A stretch of DNA of 37,349 nt, taken from positions 1-37,349 of the forward strand of contig JAAPAO010000346.1 in assembly GCA_013115145.1 (NCBI GenBank), given 5' to 3'. How positions within the stretch are numbered: position 1 is the first letter of the stretch; every line of letters begins with the position of its first letter. Positions 36,768-37,349 of the stretch are shown one piece after another. This DNA is from Perkinsus chesapeaki ATCC PRA-425 (taxonomy: Eukaryota > Protista > Perkinsozoa). A program made the position numbers and the translations under genes. The notes under the pieces were generated by a model. It was not told the origin of the DNA and searched no databases. It worked only from the letters and a program-made list of their open reading frames with translations.

Positions 36768-37349
36768 GGCGGCAGCACCAACTTACGTGCTCTTACCTGA
36801 GGGTTACGACCCACTGAACAGCTCTCTCGATTGGGCTAGTTGGCTAGCCAAATATGAAGCATGCGCTTCAGCTAACCAGTGGAATGATGAGCAGAAGCTT
36901 ATGAGTTTACCCCCTCTCCTTAAAGGGTACTGTTGGTTAATATATCAAGACTTGCCCACACCCATCAAGGCTGATTATGCCCAACTCACTAGAGCCCTAC
37001 AGGATAAGATGCACTTTGCAACCGCTTTCGTCTCGGGAGAGAAGCTCCAACAGAGATACTTCAACCCCGGGGCAGAAACCCTTCTGAGCTATGTGAACGA
37101 CTTGAAGCAGCTCATCAAGAGAGCATATCCTACCTTACCAGCCCAGCACACTGAGCCCATTCTGCTTGCCTCGTTCATTCGCGGCTTGGCCGGAGCTTCA
37201 CCAAGGCTGGCACAGCAGGTTCGCAACAGAAACCCTGCAACTCTGGCTCAAGCAATTGAGCGGGCACAGTTCCTTATGGCAGACCCCTTCAATAGTCAAG
37301 ATGGCCAACCTCTAGCTCCACCAAGGTCGCCGATCGATATGTTCCACCA
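36766..37349 (+). mobile_element. gag: Ty3/gypsy-type retrotransposon gag (capsid) ORF, 3'-partial
   Basis: Own translation of an open frame to the window end: DWASWLAKYEACASANQWNDEQKLMSLPPLLKG...YAQLTRAL...ETLLSYVNDLKQLIKRAYP...LLASFIRGL...VRNRNPATLAQAIERA, a typical retrotransposon Gag pattern. Confidence 0.82.

Overview
Eukaryotic, gene-dense genomic window with many short (about 40-55 nt) GT-AG introns. The style and gene content suggest an alveolate parasite, probably Perkinsus sp. (inference). Well-supported housekeeping genes are a Kelch+BTB (LZTR1-like) protein, ESCRT-III Vps2/CHMP2, a SEP+UBX p47-like protein, proteasome ATPase RPT3, divergent RPS16/RPS26 and a HAD hydrolase. The window also holds an At4g15545-like protein, three tandem SLC52-like (riboflavin transporter-like) genes and several lineage-specific signal-peptide proteins, one duplicated and frameshifted. 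Mobile and repeat content comprises a 569-bp TA-flanked TIR element, three minisatellites, a 98-N assembly gap and the 5' end of a Ty3/gypsy-type gag ORF that runs off the window. The most novel item is a spliced model, missed by the ORF track, that joins a signal peptide to a GNAT acetyltransferase (27760-29083). All exon structures were inferred by eye.
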